This document shows, piece after piece, positions 1 through 12,103 of a stretch of 64,000 bases of DNA. Each line of letters starts with the position of its first letter. Within the stretch, counting starts at the first letter, position 1. A program made the translations under genes and the position numbers. Under the pieces are notes generated by a model that saw nothing but the letters and a program-made list of their open reading frames with translations, was not told the DNA's origin and did no database searches. Source of the DNA: Mobula hypostoma (lineage: Eukaryota); assembly GCF_963921235.1 (NCBI RefSeq), contig NC_086097.1, positions 207,330,001-207,394,000 of the forward strand, read 5' to 3'.

Positions 1-170
1 CTTATTGATTAGTTTCGAGGGGATGATGATGTTGAATGCAGAGCTGTAGTCAATGAAGAGCATTCTAATATATATATATATATATATATCTTCACTGTCC
101 AGATGTTCCAGGGTTGAGTGAAGAGCCAGTGAAATGGCATCTGCTGTTGACCTGTTGTCACAGTAGGCAA
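1..170 (-). mobile_element. Rex1/Babar-type LINE reverse-transcriptase fragment interrupted by (AT)11
   Basis: Minus strand reads [44 protein letters not shown]; homologous to 58658-58861. Confidence 0.8.
68..89. repeat. (AT)11 microsatellite
   Basis: Direct read. Confidence 0.95.
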
Positions 171-2109
171 ATTGAAGCAAAAGTTCAAAGCACCAAATTG
201 AAGATTAATAATGGATGGATGATTGCTACCCTTGTCGGCAATGCACCAATGCAAAAAAAAACAACAAATAAATAAGTCTGTTTAATCAACCCAACCCTTA
301 TCCCTTTTTACTATCTAACATTTATGGATTTTAGCATCAGCATAACATGAATGCCATACACTGGGATTTTTCAAGGTTTTCTCACAGCTATCGTTTCATC
401 TTTGCTACATCACAATCCTCAGCTTAGCTTCAAACAGGTTTGTGAAGAAGCTTTGATTATACACATTACAAGAATTCAACAAGGTCTCTTTCTCCGAGAA
501 ATTAAAAATCAGTAGTAAATTCTTGCCAGTACCCATATATCTAGTGAATGAATAAACCAATCCTTGAGGTGAAAGGATCAACAAACGTGTAATTTCGAAT
601 GTTACTTCTGACTGGTAAAACAGTAGTGGAGAATATCAAAATGCTCTTTATTTTTCATATTTCTCATTGTAGCCATTTATTATTCTTAACAACCAAGGCT
701 AAATTATTCACAAGATGACAGATGCATTTTTATATAATTAAGGCTTTTTTTGTGTAGTCTTTCCAAATAATAGTTCAGCACAGGAATTTTTTGTATTGTT
801 TTCACACTGAAACCAAATTGAAATGCTCTTAAATACATAAAAAACTAAGCATGCTTTGTAAAAATGTATTCAACATGTCATTAATATATTTTAAAATTCC
901 ATGTATATTATATTGTTTAAGTTCATATGCTTATGCAGATAATGCGTAAAAGTATGATTCAAAAATCCCAAGTGCAATTTAATTACAGTACCATACTTAC
1001 AATCAAAATGAACAGGAAAATGACAAACAGACTCTGAACTCTTTCCTCCTTTCTTTCTTTGAAGAACCTGGGATACATTTCACCTTGTCCTGGCAATCTT
1101 CAAAGATTTTAGACATAATTTGTTTTAAATTTTAATACTGGCCCTGAAGGCAAGGATAGAACCTTTCCTATTATCTCTATGTTAGAACTAATTTAGGATG
1201 GGTATGTACCAAAACTTTATAGTTTTGTATCCTACTCTGACATGATATGGGTAGCTAAAGGAATTAATCTTTTATTTGTGTGGTACTTTATGCTCTTCAG
1301 AAACTCCAAAGCTCTTCAAATTGACTTATAAACAAAATACTATGAACATATATGGCCAAGTTATGCAACCCAAAATGTGCACAGCAATTCAGTACTTCAA
1401 AATTAGACACCCCAGTCCTTTGGTCCTTTTTTTAAAAAAATATATTTGCTCCTTCAACCAATATTTAAGCATCAGCAAGTCTGGAAAATGCCTATTTTAA
1501 CATCAATGCTTTATTTATTAATATCTTCCAATCATCTATCATTAGAAACAACAGCTCAAAGGGTCAGAAAATTAACAGAAATCCAGATTTCAAAGTTTTG
1601 TGCCCTCTAAGCTCCTGCAGCAGTACATGAATATAATTTTGGAGACACCAATTACAAGCAAAACAAATAGCTAGACTGCATATAAGTAAATGAAATACAT
1701 GCTCAGTAAATTTGTCTTTGCTGATTGAGGTTGAATGATTAACCTGGACACGAGGAAAATAGTGTTTGAATCATAAATAGCATTATACAAGTGAATGGGT
1801 AGGAGGTATTCTCTCATTTTAAAGGTGGCTACGTCCTAGCATGGTCTCAGTACTGCAATACATTCAAGGATGACAGGCTCAAGAGAAGCAAGATTTAAAA
1901 TCAAAACCATGTGATTCTAAGACAAAATACACTATGTTGGCACACAAGTCAGCTGAACACCAGAAGGACCAATTGTTTGAATTGTACTTTGTTCAGTGCC
2001 TTAATTGTATGCCATACATGCAAGACCCAAGTCATTCATATATAATGGATTAAGTATCTCCCTCCAGTGAACTTCATATTTTGTTTTAAAGATACAAACA
2101 TGTACTTAC

Positions 2110-2161
2110 TCTTTCTAAAATCATAATCCTATGTTTTTCCTCTGACATGTGGACGGTTTCA
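2110..2161 (-). CDS. RB1CC1: RB1CC1 coding exon, 52 nt (ETVHMSEEKHRIMILER)
   Basis: Acceptor ttattccag|T, donor AGA|gtaagt; 1 nt + 17 codons; matches remembered ENIHMLSEEKQRIMLLER. Confidence 0.93.
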
Positions 2162-2432
2162 CTGGAATAAAGTAAAGCGATAATTAGGGTCTTGAAAATG
2201 TATAAATATTTGTGTTCTCTGAACTAACAAATTTTAAGGAGCTCCACAGACCACTGCAATACATACAAATTTAAAGATAGCTGCAGACTCCTTCAATCCC
2301 ATAAACATTGGTACATCTACCCTTTCATTAACAATGTTCAGAATCATAAACTAAGGTTAGTGTAGCAATAGAAGGGGAAAGAGGGAGGGAAAAAAATCCA
2401 GTAAGCAAGGATGAAAAAGAATTGGATCAAGG

Positions 2433-2791
2433 CTCCTCCTTACTGCCTGTTACGCCGCAGGCATTTAGGGCATCAATGAAGCTCTGGTGGTGCTCACGGC
2501 TTCATCGTGTCAGTAGCTTCCTCTCAGTTTTCACTAATGTCAGTCATCCAAGTCCCAGGTGGAAACTCGGGAATAGCATCGCACTCAGATGCAGAAAGAT
2601 TGTTCATCGCTGTCTCTGTAACAATTTTGTTTTATCAGTCAGGGATGTTAGCCCTGAGCTGAACCCCTGAACCTGGAGGACCAGTGGACCACTTTTAGTC
2701 TGGTCTCTATCCTTTGATCTCTTTGGCCTACCAAGACCCAAAGCAAAAAGCCCTGAATGAAGCCAACATAGCTTTCCAGGTCATTGAGGTA
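2433..2791 (-). mobile_element. Non-autonomous RTE-clade-like element (5' UTR fused to 3' end, no ORF); its extreme 5' end continues at 5792-5816
   Basis: Minus strand ...GGAGGCTTAC|CTCAATGACC..AGCTATG..CCAGACTAAAAGTGGTCCACTGGTCCTCCAGGTT resembles the conserved RTE/BovB 5' region; the 3' end TTGATGCCCTAAATGCC is RTE-like. Recognised from memory. Confidence 0.6.
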
Positions 2792-5791
2792 GGGGGATGG
2801 GAACCAGAGTGCCAGAGCTGACAGCGTGGCTGGGGTGAAAATAAATGATGTTAAAAGTTCAAGCAAAGCCGCAAATAGAAAGTTTGTGAGTGGTGGTAAA
2901 AATCTTCTGAGGTGTATATATTTCAATGCTAGGAGTATTGCAGGGAAGGTGGACGAGTTGAGGGCGTGGATTGACACGTGGAATTATGACGTTATAGCAA
3001 TTAGTGAAACTTGGCTACAGGAAGGGCAGGACTGGCAGCTTAATATTCCAGGGTTCCGATGTTTCAGATGTGATAGAGGCAGAGGAGTGAAAGGTGTGGG
3101 GGCGGGGTAGCATTGCTTGTTAGGGAAAATATTACAGCAGTGCTCAGGCAGGACAGATTAGAGGGCTTGTCTACTGAGTCCTTATGGGTGGAGCTCAGAA
3201 ATAGGAGAGGTATGGCCACATTAGTGGGGTTGTATTATAGACCACCCAATAGTCAGCAAGAATTGGAGGAGCAAATCTGCAGCGAGATAACAGGCAACTG
3301 CAGGAAACAAAGTTGTGGTGGTAGGGGATTTTAATTTTCCATATATTGATTGGGACTCCCATACTGTTAGGGGTCTACATGGTTTAGAGTTTGTAAAATG
3401 TGTTCAGGAAAGTTTTCTAAATCAATATATAGAGGGACCAACTAGAGGGGATGCAATATTGGATCTCATGTTAGGAAACGAGTTAGGACAAGTGACAGAA
3501 GTGTGTGTAAGGAAGCACTTTGGTTCCAGTGATCATAATACCATTAGTTTCAACTTGAACATGGACAAGGATAGATCTGGTCCTAGAGTTGAGGTTCTGA
3601 ACTGGAAGAAGGCCAAATTTGAAGAAATGAGAAAGGATCTAAAAAGCGTGGATTGAGACAGGTGTTCTCTGGCAAGGATGTGATTGGTAATTGGGAAACC
3701 TTCAAAGGAGAAATTTTGAGAGTGCAGAGCTTGTATGTTCCTGTCAGGATTAAAGGCAAAGTGAATAGGAATAAGGAACCTTGGTTCTCAAGGGATATTG
3801 CAACTCTGATAAAGAAGAAGAGAGAGTTGTATGACATGTATAGGAAACAGGGAGTAAATAAGGTGCTTGAGGAGTACAAAAAGTGCAAGAAAATACTTAA
3901 GAAATCAGGGGGATAAAAGAAGACATGAGGTTGCCTTGGCAGTCAAAGTGAAGGATAATCCAAAGAGCTTTTACGGGTATATTAAGAGTAAAAGGATTGT
4001 AAGGGATAAAATTGGTCCTCTTGAAGATCAGAGTGGTCGGCTATGTGCGGAACCAAAAGAAAAGGGGGAGATCTTAAATGGGTTTTTTGCGTCTGTATTT
4101 ACTAAGGAAACTGGCATGAAGTCTATGGAATTAAGGGAAACAAGTAGTGAGATCATGGAAACTGTACAGATTGAAAAGGAGGAGGTGCTTGCTGTCTTGA
4201 GGCAAATTAAAGTAGATAAATCCCCAGGACCTGACTGGGTATTCCCTCGGACCTTGAAGGAGATTAGTGTTGAAATTGCAGGGGTCCTGGCAGATATATT
4301 TAAAATGTCGGTGTCTACAGGTGAGGTGCCGGAGGATTGGAGTTCCGTCATGTTGTTCCGTCGTTTAAAAAACGATCGAAAAGTAATCCGGGAAATTATA
4401 GGCCGGTAAATTTGACGTCGGTAGTGGGTAAGTTATTGGAGGGAGTACTAAGAGACAGAATCTACAAGCATTTGGATAGACAGGGACTTATTAGGGGAAA
4501 GTCAACATGGCTTTGTGCGTGGTAGGTCACGTTTGACCAATCTATTGGAGTTTTTCGAGGAGGTTACCAGGAAAGTGGATGAAGGGAAGGCAGTGGATGT
4601 TGTCTACATGGACTTCAGTAAGGCCTTTGACAAGGTCCCGCATGGGAGGTTAGTTAGGAAAAATCAGTCGCTAGGTGTACATGGAGAAGTGGTAAACTGG
4701 ATTAGACATTGGCTCAATGGAAGAAGCCAAAGAGTGGTAGTAGAGAATTGCTTCTCAGAGTGGAGGCCTGTGACTAGTGGTGTGCCACAGGGATCAGTGC
4801 TGGGTCCATTGTTATTTGTCATCTATATCAATGATCTGGATGATAATGTGGTAAATTGGATCAGCAAATGTGCTGATGATACAAAGATTGGAGGTGTAGT
4901 GGACAGTGAGGAAGGTTTTCAGAGCCTGCACAGGGACTTGGACCAGCTGGAAAAATGGGCTGAAAAATGGCAGATGGTGTTTAATACAGACAAGTGCGAG
5001 GTATTGCACGTTGGAAGGATAAAGCAAGGTAGAACATACAGGGTAAATGGTAAGGCACTGAGGAGTGCAGTAGAACAGAGGGATCTGGGAATACAGATAC
5101 AAAATTCCCTAAAAGTGGCATCACAGGTAGATAGGATCGTAAAGAGAGCTTTTGGTACATTGGCCTTTATTAATCAAAGTATTGAGTATAAGAGCTGGAA
5201 TGTTATGATGAGGTTGTATAAGGCATTGGTGAGGCCGAATCTGGAGTATTGTGTTCAGTTTTGGCCTCTAAATTACAGGAAGGATATTAATAAGGTTGAA
5301 AGAGTACAGAGAAGGTTTACAAGGATGTTGCTGGGACTTGAGAAACTAATTTCAGTTACAGAAGAAGGTTGAATAGGTTAGGACTTTATTCCCTGGAGCG
5401 TAGAAGAATGAGGGGAGATTTGATAGAGGTATATAAAATTATGATAGGTATAGATAGAGTGAATGCAAGCAGACTTTTTCCACTGAGGCAAGGGGAGAAA
5501 AAAACCAGAGGACATGGGTTAAGGGTGAGGGGGGAAAAGTTTAAAGGGAACATTAGGGGGAGCTTCTTCACACAGAGAATGGTGGGAGTATGGAATGAGC
5601 TGCCAGACGGGGTGATAAATGCGGCTTCTTTTTTAACATTTAAGAATAAATTGGACAGATACATGGATGGGAGGTGTATGGAGGGATATGGTCCGTGTGC
5701 AGGTCAGAGGGACTAGGCAGAAAATAGTTCGGCACAGCCACGAAGGGCTAAAAGGCCTGTTTCTGTGCTGCAGTTTTTCTATGGTTTCTAT
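2792..5791 (+). mobile_element. CR1-clade (HER1-like) LINE, 5'-truncated, near-complete ORF2 (APE endonuclease + RT) broken by frameshifts
   Basis: YFNARSI, IAISETW, YRPPNS, GDFNF, SDH, KSPGPD, YMDFSKAFDKVPH, GVPQGSVLGP, CADD; tail of TTTCTATGG units; GGTA on both flanks. Confidence 0.95.
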
Positions 5792-6484
5792 GGTAAGCCT
5801 CCAAACCCTACAATGCTTTGGTCCTCTTGGAGAGGAACAAGACTCAGATGGGTAAAAAAAAGAATAGATTTAAAACAAAGAGTAAAAAAGAAATAAGCTC
5901 ATTTAGCAGTCTGTTTCATTATGACTAGTGAGTAGAAAAAATAAACAGCTTATAGAGAGTATAGTGCATCAAAGAACAAAGTCAATCAAAGAATCAAAGA
6001 AACAAAAATAGGAAAAAAGCTATAACAGAAGATGATGCATCCAAATATATTGGCTTAAAAATGGATGACATAATGAGCCAGAAATATTCAAATATTTGAC
6101 CTAATATATGTAAGGAGATATAATTGTATTGTGACCATAGATGGGAATTTCATATGCCAGGAACCTTGACATTTAGGAAGCATATACTGATTAGTTCTGC
6201 TAATAAAGGATTATAAAGGTAGTAATTAGGAATAATTTTAGTACAGTAGGACAGAATGAATCCATATGATTAGAAACACAAATGATAAACCTAAAGCTAA
6301 ATTAAAAGAAAAATTTAGGTAAATTGGAATTGCACTAAAATAGAGCAGAACGTTTGAAGACTACAAAACATTCCAAACCTATGCAGAACTAGGCAAGAAT
6401 AATTGTGGTCCCAACTGACATAAGGGCAGGAAAAACTATAATTGAGAATAAAGAAATGGCCTGGGCATTAAATAGTTTATAATT

Positions 6485-6920
6485 GGGGAGTATGCCTTAT
6501 GAGTAGGTTGAGTGAACTCGGCCTTTTCTCCTTGGAGCAGCGTAGGATGAGAGGTGAAGGTGTATAAGATGATGACAGACATTGATCATGTGGATAGAGG
6601 CTTTTTCCTCAGGGCTGAAATAGCTAACACAAGAGGACACCGTTTTAAGGTGCTTGGAAGCAGGTACAGAGGAGATGTCAGGAGCAAGTTGTTTTTTTTT
6701 TACATATATAAAAACGCAGAGTGTGGTGAGTGCGTGGAATGGGCTGCCGGCAACGGTGGTGGAGGCAGATACAATAGGATCTTTTAAGAGACTCCTGGAT
6801 AGGTACATGGAGCTTGGAAAAATAGAGGGCTATGGATAATTTCTAAAGTAAGTACATGTTCATCATAGCATTGTGGGCCGAAGGGCCTGTATTGTGCTGT
6901 AGGTTTTTTATGTTTCTATT
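6485..6920 (+). mobile_element. CR1-clade LINE 3' fragment
   Basis: NTRGHRFKV...VVSAWNGLP...FKRLLDRYM; 3' UTR TGGGCCGAAGGGCCTGT and TTTCTAT tail. Confidence 0.88.
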
Positions 6921-7329
6921 ATTTTCAATGCTGAAATGGAATCTTCTAACAATAGCAAAGAACATAAAATCATTAATATCATGTAATATATTCTCCAGCA
7001 CTTTCTAACAAGTAAAATGACTCAAGTCACTTGGACTGATAGATCTGGCTATTGGGATTGTGGAAGCAATTGCATTGACTTTCTAACTTATGCCTATTGT
7101 CAAAAGGGTCAGAAAGTACAAAACATGACACTGTACTTAGAAAAGGAAAGAAACAACAGCCTATTGCAGACTGGTTAGCCTAACATTTTTCTCTGCAGAA
7201 TTAAATGTGTGACAGTACTCCTACAAAATAATACTATTTAATTACAAAATGTTTGATAAATTAAAAGCTTTTTGATACAACCAGCAGGGCAGATGGTGGG
7301 AAGGGAGTGAAAACAGTGAATTTAATAGT

Positions 7330-7412
7330 AAACACAAGCCTGTAAATGCCAGAAATCTAAAGCAACACACAACATGCTGGAGGAACTCAGCAAACCAAGC
7401 AGCATCTATGGT
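7330..7412 (-). repeat. Penelope-type terminal repeat fragment
   Basis: AACACACAACATGCTGGAGGAACTCAGCA..GCAGCATCTATGG; same repeat as at 10118, 12010-12100, 17209, 25328, 35118 and 39964. Confidence 0.7.
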
Positions 7413-7954
7413 AATGAATAGCTTTTCAAAAGACATTTGATACAATAACCATTAACATGGTATCCTATACAATGTTTATGGGATTGAAGTTAGCATGGAC
7501 AGAAGGTTGGTTAAAGAACAGAAGATCAGTGAATAAATATGCTGTTCCAAGGTTAAATATTAATATTGTTGTACAATAGGAAAAACTACAGGGAATTCAG
7601 TTAGTCACAATTTTAATTTATGACCAAGATGAAAAGACTATTCTCAGCTACTGGCAGAACTTTAAATGCTTCTAGAAACTTATTCAGATCCTGTTAAAAG
7701 TAGTTTGTTCCACCTGTTGACAATTCCCTAACTTCTCACCTTTAAAAGGACAAGAAAATTAATGAAAATTTCTTAATCTGAACTAGGAACTAAATAGCAC
7801 CCTAAAGAGTTCATTATTCAGTGTAACCAAGTATATAGGAATTCTAAGTACCAGAAATTCAAATTCCTCTGAAAACTCGAAGTTATCATGATTCCTTTAC
7901 ACATTCAAAGAGCTTTACAGTTTCTGGAGGTGATAGAGGTTCTTCTGAGTTGTA

Positions 7955-8150
7955 TTTATTTACTTAGAGATGCAGCACATTACAGATCTTTCTAGTCCAA
8001 CAAGCGCATGCCCAGCAACCCACCTATTTAAAATTTGTCTAATCACAGGACAATTTACAGTGACCAATTAACCTACTAACCATATGTCTCTGGACTGTGG
8101 GAGGAAACTAGAGCGCTCAGACTAAACACACACTGATCGTACAATGTACA
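7955..8150 (-). mobile_element. tRNA-derived V-SINE/HE1-like SINE fragment
   Basis: Reverse complement of the core GTTTCCTCCCACAGTCCA..GGTTAGTAGGTTAATTGGTCACTGTAAATTGTCC; related copies at 40046-40300 and 44860-44955. Confidence 0.65.
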
Positions 8151-8755
8151 AAAAGACACTTCTGGTCATCAACATAGGCAAGATAAATGCTTTTTAACAA
8201 GTTGAATTGAATAACGGAAAATTACTATCAAGAATCTTTTCAAAGGTTTTATTTTCTCAGGAGCTACCATATACCTGAACTAAAACATTAAGAACAGGAC
8301 ATAATTAGATCTCAAAACACTAAATATCACTTTATTTGTTTGGAGGCTCTTGCTTATGAGTTTATTCCTGGGTGAGTTGTAAAAAGGTATTCCCCTGTTA
8401 TGGAGAAGTAATTCGATTCCTGTAAATCATAAAAATTAGTTCTCTATTTTAATTATAAGTAAAGGAATTTGTAGCAGTAATCTCCACATGAGATGAAAAA
8501 AGTTTGGAATTAGTATTGGTTTATTATTGTCACGTACCAAAATACAGTGAAAAATTTGGCATGCAAACAGTTCATACAGATCTAATCATTACACAGTGCA
8601 TTGAGGACAACAAGGTAAAATGATGACAATGCAGAATAAAGTGTAACAGCTATAGAGAAAGTACACTGCCGGTTTGCAAAAAAGATCAAGATCATAACCT
8701 ATCAAGGTTATGAGGTCAAGAATCCAAGATGACTGGTTTTCTGATGGCTACTTAC

Positions 8756-9011
8756 TGTACAGTCATGGTGCTTGCCTCCATTGCAGAGTCAATTCTTCCA
8801 TCATCCCCAACTGTAGTAACAGATGCTAATCTTTCCGAATCAAATGGCACATCAGACCCAGAAGTAGTAGACATCTCTGCACCAGGTGGTCCAGGTGATG
8901 AAAAGCCAGAGCACACCAGTACATTACTTCGTAAGCGATTGAATTCTTCATCAAGTTTTTTCTTTTCTTGTAACAAAGTGGCTCTGTCTGCAGAGAGGGT
9001 TTCTATCAAAA
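8756..9011 (-). CDS. RB1CC1: RB1CC1 coding exon, 256 nt (LIETLSADRATLLQEKKKLDEEFNRLRS...DGRIDSAMEASTMTV)
   Basis: Acceptor poly-T ttag|TT, donor CA|gtaagt; lies inside track ORF 8752..9039(-); phases fit both neighbours. Confidence 0.95.
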
Positions 9012-9140
9012 CTAAAAAAAAATACTTTATGCAGGACATTCCAAAAAAAATTTGAATATGACAGTTAATGTAACTTTAATCTGTTACGATTATAAAATGG
9101 CTTATATGGAAAAAGGATCATATGCATTCCCGACGCAAAT

Positions 9141-9321
9141 GACGAATAAACTCTTCTCGGGCTTCCAGCTGGTACAGGTATCGGTTTTAAGTGATGATTC
9201 AATGACAAGCTCTGCCATTTTCATCAGGGATTTCTGATGAAGATGGCATTGTTTGTCATTGAAACATCTGTTAAAACTAATACCCGTACCTAGCTGGAAG
9301 CCCAAGAACAGTTGTATTGTT
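9141..9321. repeat. ~180-nt imperfect palindrome, each arm carrying a hammerhead-like core (probably Penelope-derived)
   Basis: Reverse complement of left arm CTGATGAAAATGGCAGAGCTTGTCATTGAATCATCACTTAAAACCGATACCTGTACCAGCTGGAAGCCCGAGAA aligns with right arm CTGATGAAGATGGCATTGTTTGTCATTGAAACATCTGTTAAAACTAATACCCGTACCTAGCTGGAAGCCCAAGAA. Confidence 0.85.
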
Positions 9322-10117
9322 AAAATCAGTCAGTTTTTACACCATGGCTCTTTTATTGAATGAAAGTGTGCAGACAACCGCATTATATTTGGATGTTTAT
9401 GAAACACAAAATAAATCAAATAATTAAAATCATTCAATTTATAACACTATTTATGAATATCTCTTCAAGAATCCCAAAACTGGATGCAACTTACTAATCA
9501 GGCTCTACCCATAAGGTAATATAAGCAGCAGCAGATTTCTCTTTGTACTTTGCAGGCAATGAATGAGTAACAGGTGGATAGGCTCTTAAGTCAATAAAAG
9601 TCAAATTTATTTGCCTGAATACTAATTGGTAACCAAGGTGGAAAAGAAAAAGACAATTAAAAAGTTTGATTAAAATGTAGTAATCTCACAGCATATTTAA
9701 ATTGGACTCTCAAAGCAAACAGTGTGAAAATTATTTTTATTCTGTGGGAATACAGGTTTACAAATCCAAAGGTTGCTTCCACCTCTAAATTCCAACAGCA
9801 TTCTTAAGATATCTGGCACATTGATTTGAAATGTGTGCAGAATGCATTGATACATTTCAGTATATTGATTTACATCAATGTACTGAAATATATATTTAAC
9901 AATATGAAATTTACAACTTCTGGATCTTTTGTTCCAAAGAGTTTGTTTCAAATGAATGAACAAGGGGCATAGATATGCAAAGTACTAATCAAGTCAGATT
10001 GCTAATTCAACATATTTTCATTTATAAATCGTTGTGTCACATTCAGATTCAACAGTCCTTTATAAATATTGTATTGGGTCTTCAGATACATAAGTTTGGA
10101 TCATGGAAATTACAGAG

Positions 10118-11300
10118 CAACACACCCAAAATATAGGAGGAACTCAGCAGTCAGGCCACGTCTATGGAAATGAATAAACAATCAGTGCCTCGGGCCGAGA
10201 CCCTTTTTCAGGACTGGGAAGGAAGGAGAAGATACCAGAATAAGGTGGTGGGGGAAGAGGGGAAGGAGGATAAGCGAAAAGCTGATAGGTGAAGCCAGGT
10301 GGGTGGTTGAGCAAGATAAAGAGCTAGGAGATAAGTGGAAAAGGAAAAGGGTCAGAGAAAAAGGAATCTGATGGAAGCGAGTGGATCATGGGAGAAAGGG
10401 AAGAGGTGGCACCAGGGGGAGGTGATGAGCAGGTAAGAAGAGGAGATTAGAGGCCAGAGTGGAAAAATGAAGAGGACGGAAAGGGGAAAGGGAAAAAAAT
10501 ACTGAAAGTTAGAGAAATCAAAGTTCATGCCATCAGGATTGGAGGCTATGTACCAACATTTTGGAACTGGAATGGGGATAGGAATTGAAATGGTTGGCCA
10601 CTGGGAAATTGTGATTTTTACAGATGGAGCTGAGATGCTCAACAAAGCAGTTCCTCAATGTATGTCGGGTTTCACCAATGTAGATGAGGCTACACTGGGA
10701 GAACCTGAACGAAGGTGAGGGAGGTGGTGAATGGGCATGTGTAGCATTTCTGATGCTTGCAAGCATATGTGCCAGGGTGAAGGTTAGTAGGAAGGGATAA
10801 GTGGACAAGGGAATCACACAGAGTGATGCATGCAAAAAGTGGAGAGTGGAGGAGGGATGTAAAGATGTGTTTGGTGGTAGGATCTAATTGAAAGTGGCAG
10901 AAGTTGCGGAGAATGAAGCGTTGGTTGTTGAGGCTCACTGGTTGGTCAATGGGGACAAGAGGAATTCTATCCCTGTTAGAAGACAGGAGGAGAATGGGTG
11001 AGTGAGGATATCCAGAAAATGAAGGAAACATGGGTGAGGGCAGCATTAACAGGGGAGGAAGAGAAACTCCATTCTTTGAAGGAGGACACCTTTGACTCCT
11101 GGAAAGCCTCTTCCTGGGAACAGATGCAGTAGAAGTGACGGAACTGAATGGTATTTTTTACAGGGGACAAGGTGGGAGCAGGTATAGCCGTTAGCCATGG
11201 GAATTGGTGTATTCATGAAAGGTATCGGTGGACAGTGTGTCTCCAGTGATGGAGACAGAAATCAATAAAGGGGTCAGAAATGGATCAAGTGATTTTAAGA
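10118..11300 (-). mobile_element. Penelope-like element fragment (RT C-terminus/linker, GIY-YIG endonuclease, terminal repeat)
   Basis: LIYIGETRHTLRNCFVEHL..PVANHFNS in ORF 10533..10835; DRIPLV..ILRNFCHFQLDPTTKHIF in ORF 10690..11046; terminal repeat with hammerhead relic at 10184-10212. Confidence 0.85.
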
Positions 11301-11301
11301 G

Positions 11302-12103
11302 TGCCTGCCCTTATACCTGCCAATGCACTTCCTTCCTTATCTCCATTCACAGCCCCAAACATTCCTTCCAGGTGAGGCAATACTTCACCTGTTGGGATCA
11401 TCTACTGTTTTTGGTGCTCCCAGTATGGCTTCCTCTATATTGGTGAGACCCAGTGTAGTTGGGGGTGGGGGTGGGGGCGGGGGCAGCTTCTCTGTTGAGC
11501 ACCTCAGCTCCATACACAAAAAGCTGAATTTCCTGGTGTTCAATCATTTCAATTCCTATTCCCATTCCTGTTCTGACATGTCGGTCCACGGTCTCCTCTT
11601 CTGCTATGGTGAGGCTTCTCTCAGGTTGGAGGAGGAACACCACACATTCTGTCTAGGTAGCCTCCAACCTGATGGCATGAATGTCAATTTCTCCAACTTC
11701 TAGTAATTTTTTCCCCCTCTCCATTTCCCCACTCTGGCTTCTCATCTCCCTTCTCACCTGCTTATCACCTCCCCTTGGTGTCCCTCCTTCTTCCCTTTCT
11801 CCCATGGTCCACTCTCTTCTTCTAGATTCCTTCTTCTCCATTCCTTTGCCTTTTCCACTCATCTCCCAGCTCTTTACCTTATCTCCCTTCATCACCCACC
11901 TGGTTTCATCCATCACCTTCCAGCTTGTCCTCCCCCACCTTCTTAATTTGGCACCTTCCCACTTCCATTCCAATCCTGATTAAGTGTTTCATCCTGAAAC
12001 ATCAACTGCTTATTCATTTCCATAGATGCTGCCTGACCTGCTGATTTCCTCCAGCATTTTGCATGTGTTCATCTGGATTTCCAGCATCTGCAGGATCTCG
12101 TGT
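11302..12103 (+). mobile_element. Penelope-like element fragment, inverted relative to the adjacent copy
   Basis: PKHSFQVRQYFTC, CTCTATATTGGTGAGACC (LYIGET), VEHL..NHFNS..LGSLQPDGMNVNFSNF, pyrimidine-rich 3' region and terminal repeat. Confidence 0.85.
11461..11483 (+). repeat. G5-N-G5-N-G5-N-G5 tract (G-quadruplex motif)
   Basis: GGGGGTGGGGGTGGGGGCGGGGG. Confidence 0.9.

Noticed and set aside
995..1091. Candidate next RB1CC1 exon (strong minus-strand GTAAGT donor at 1000-995)
   Set aside because: Neither nearby acceptor (1068 or 1090) gives the expected TLQLKEEENKRLNQRL-like peptide. One reading hits a stop and the other is unrelated sequence of frame-shifting length. The true next exon is probably left of the window.
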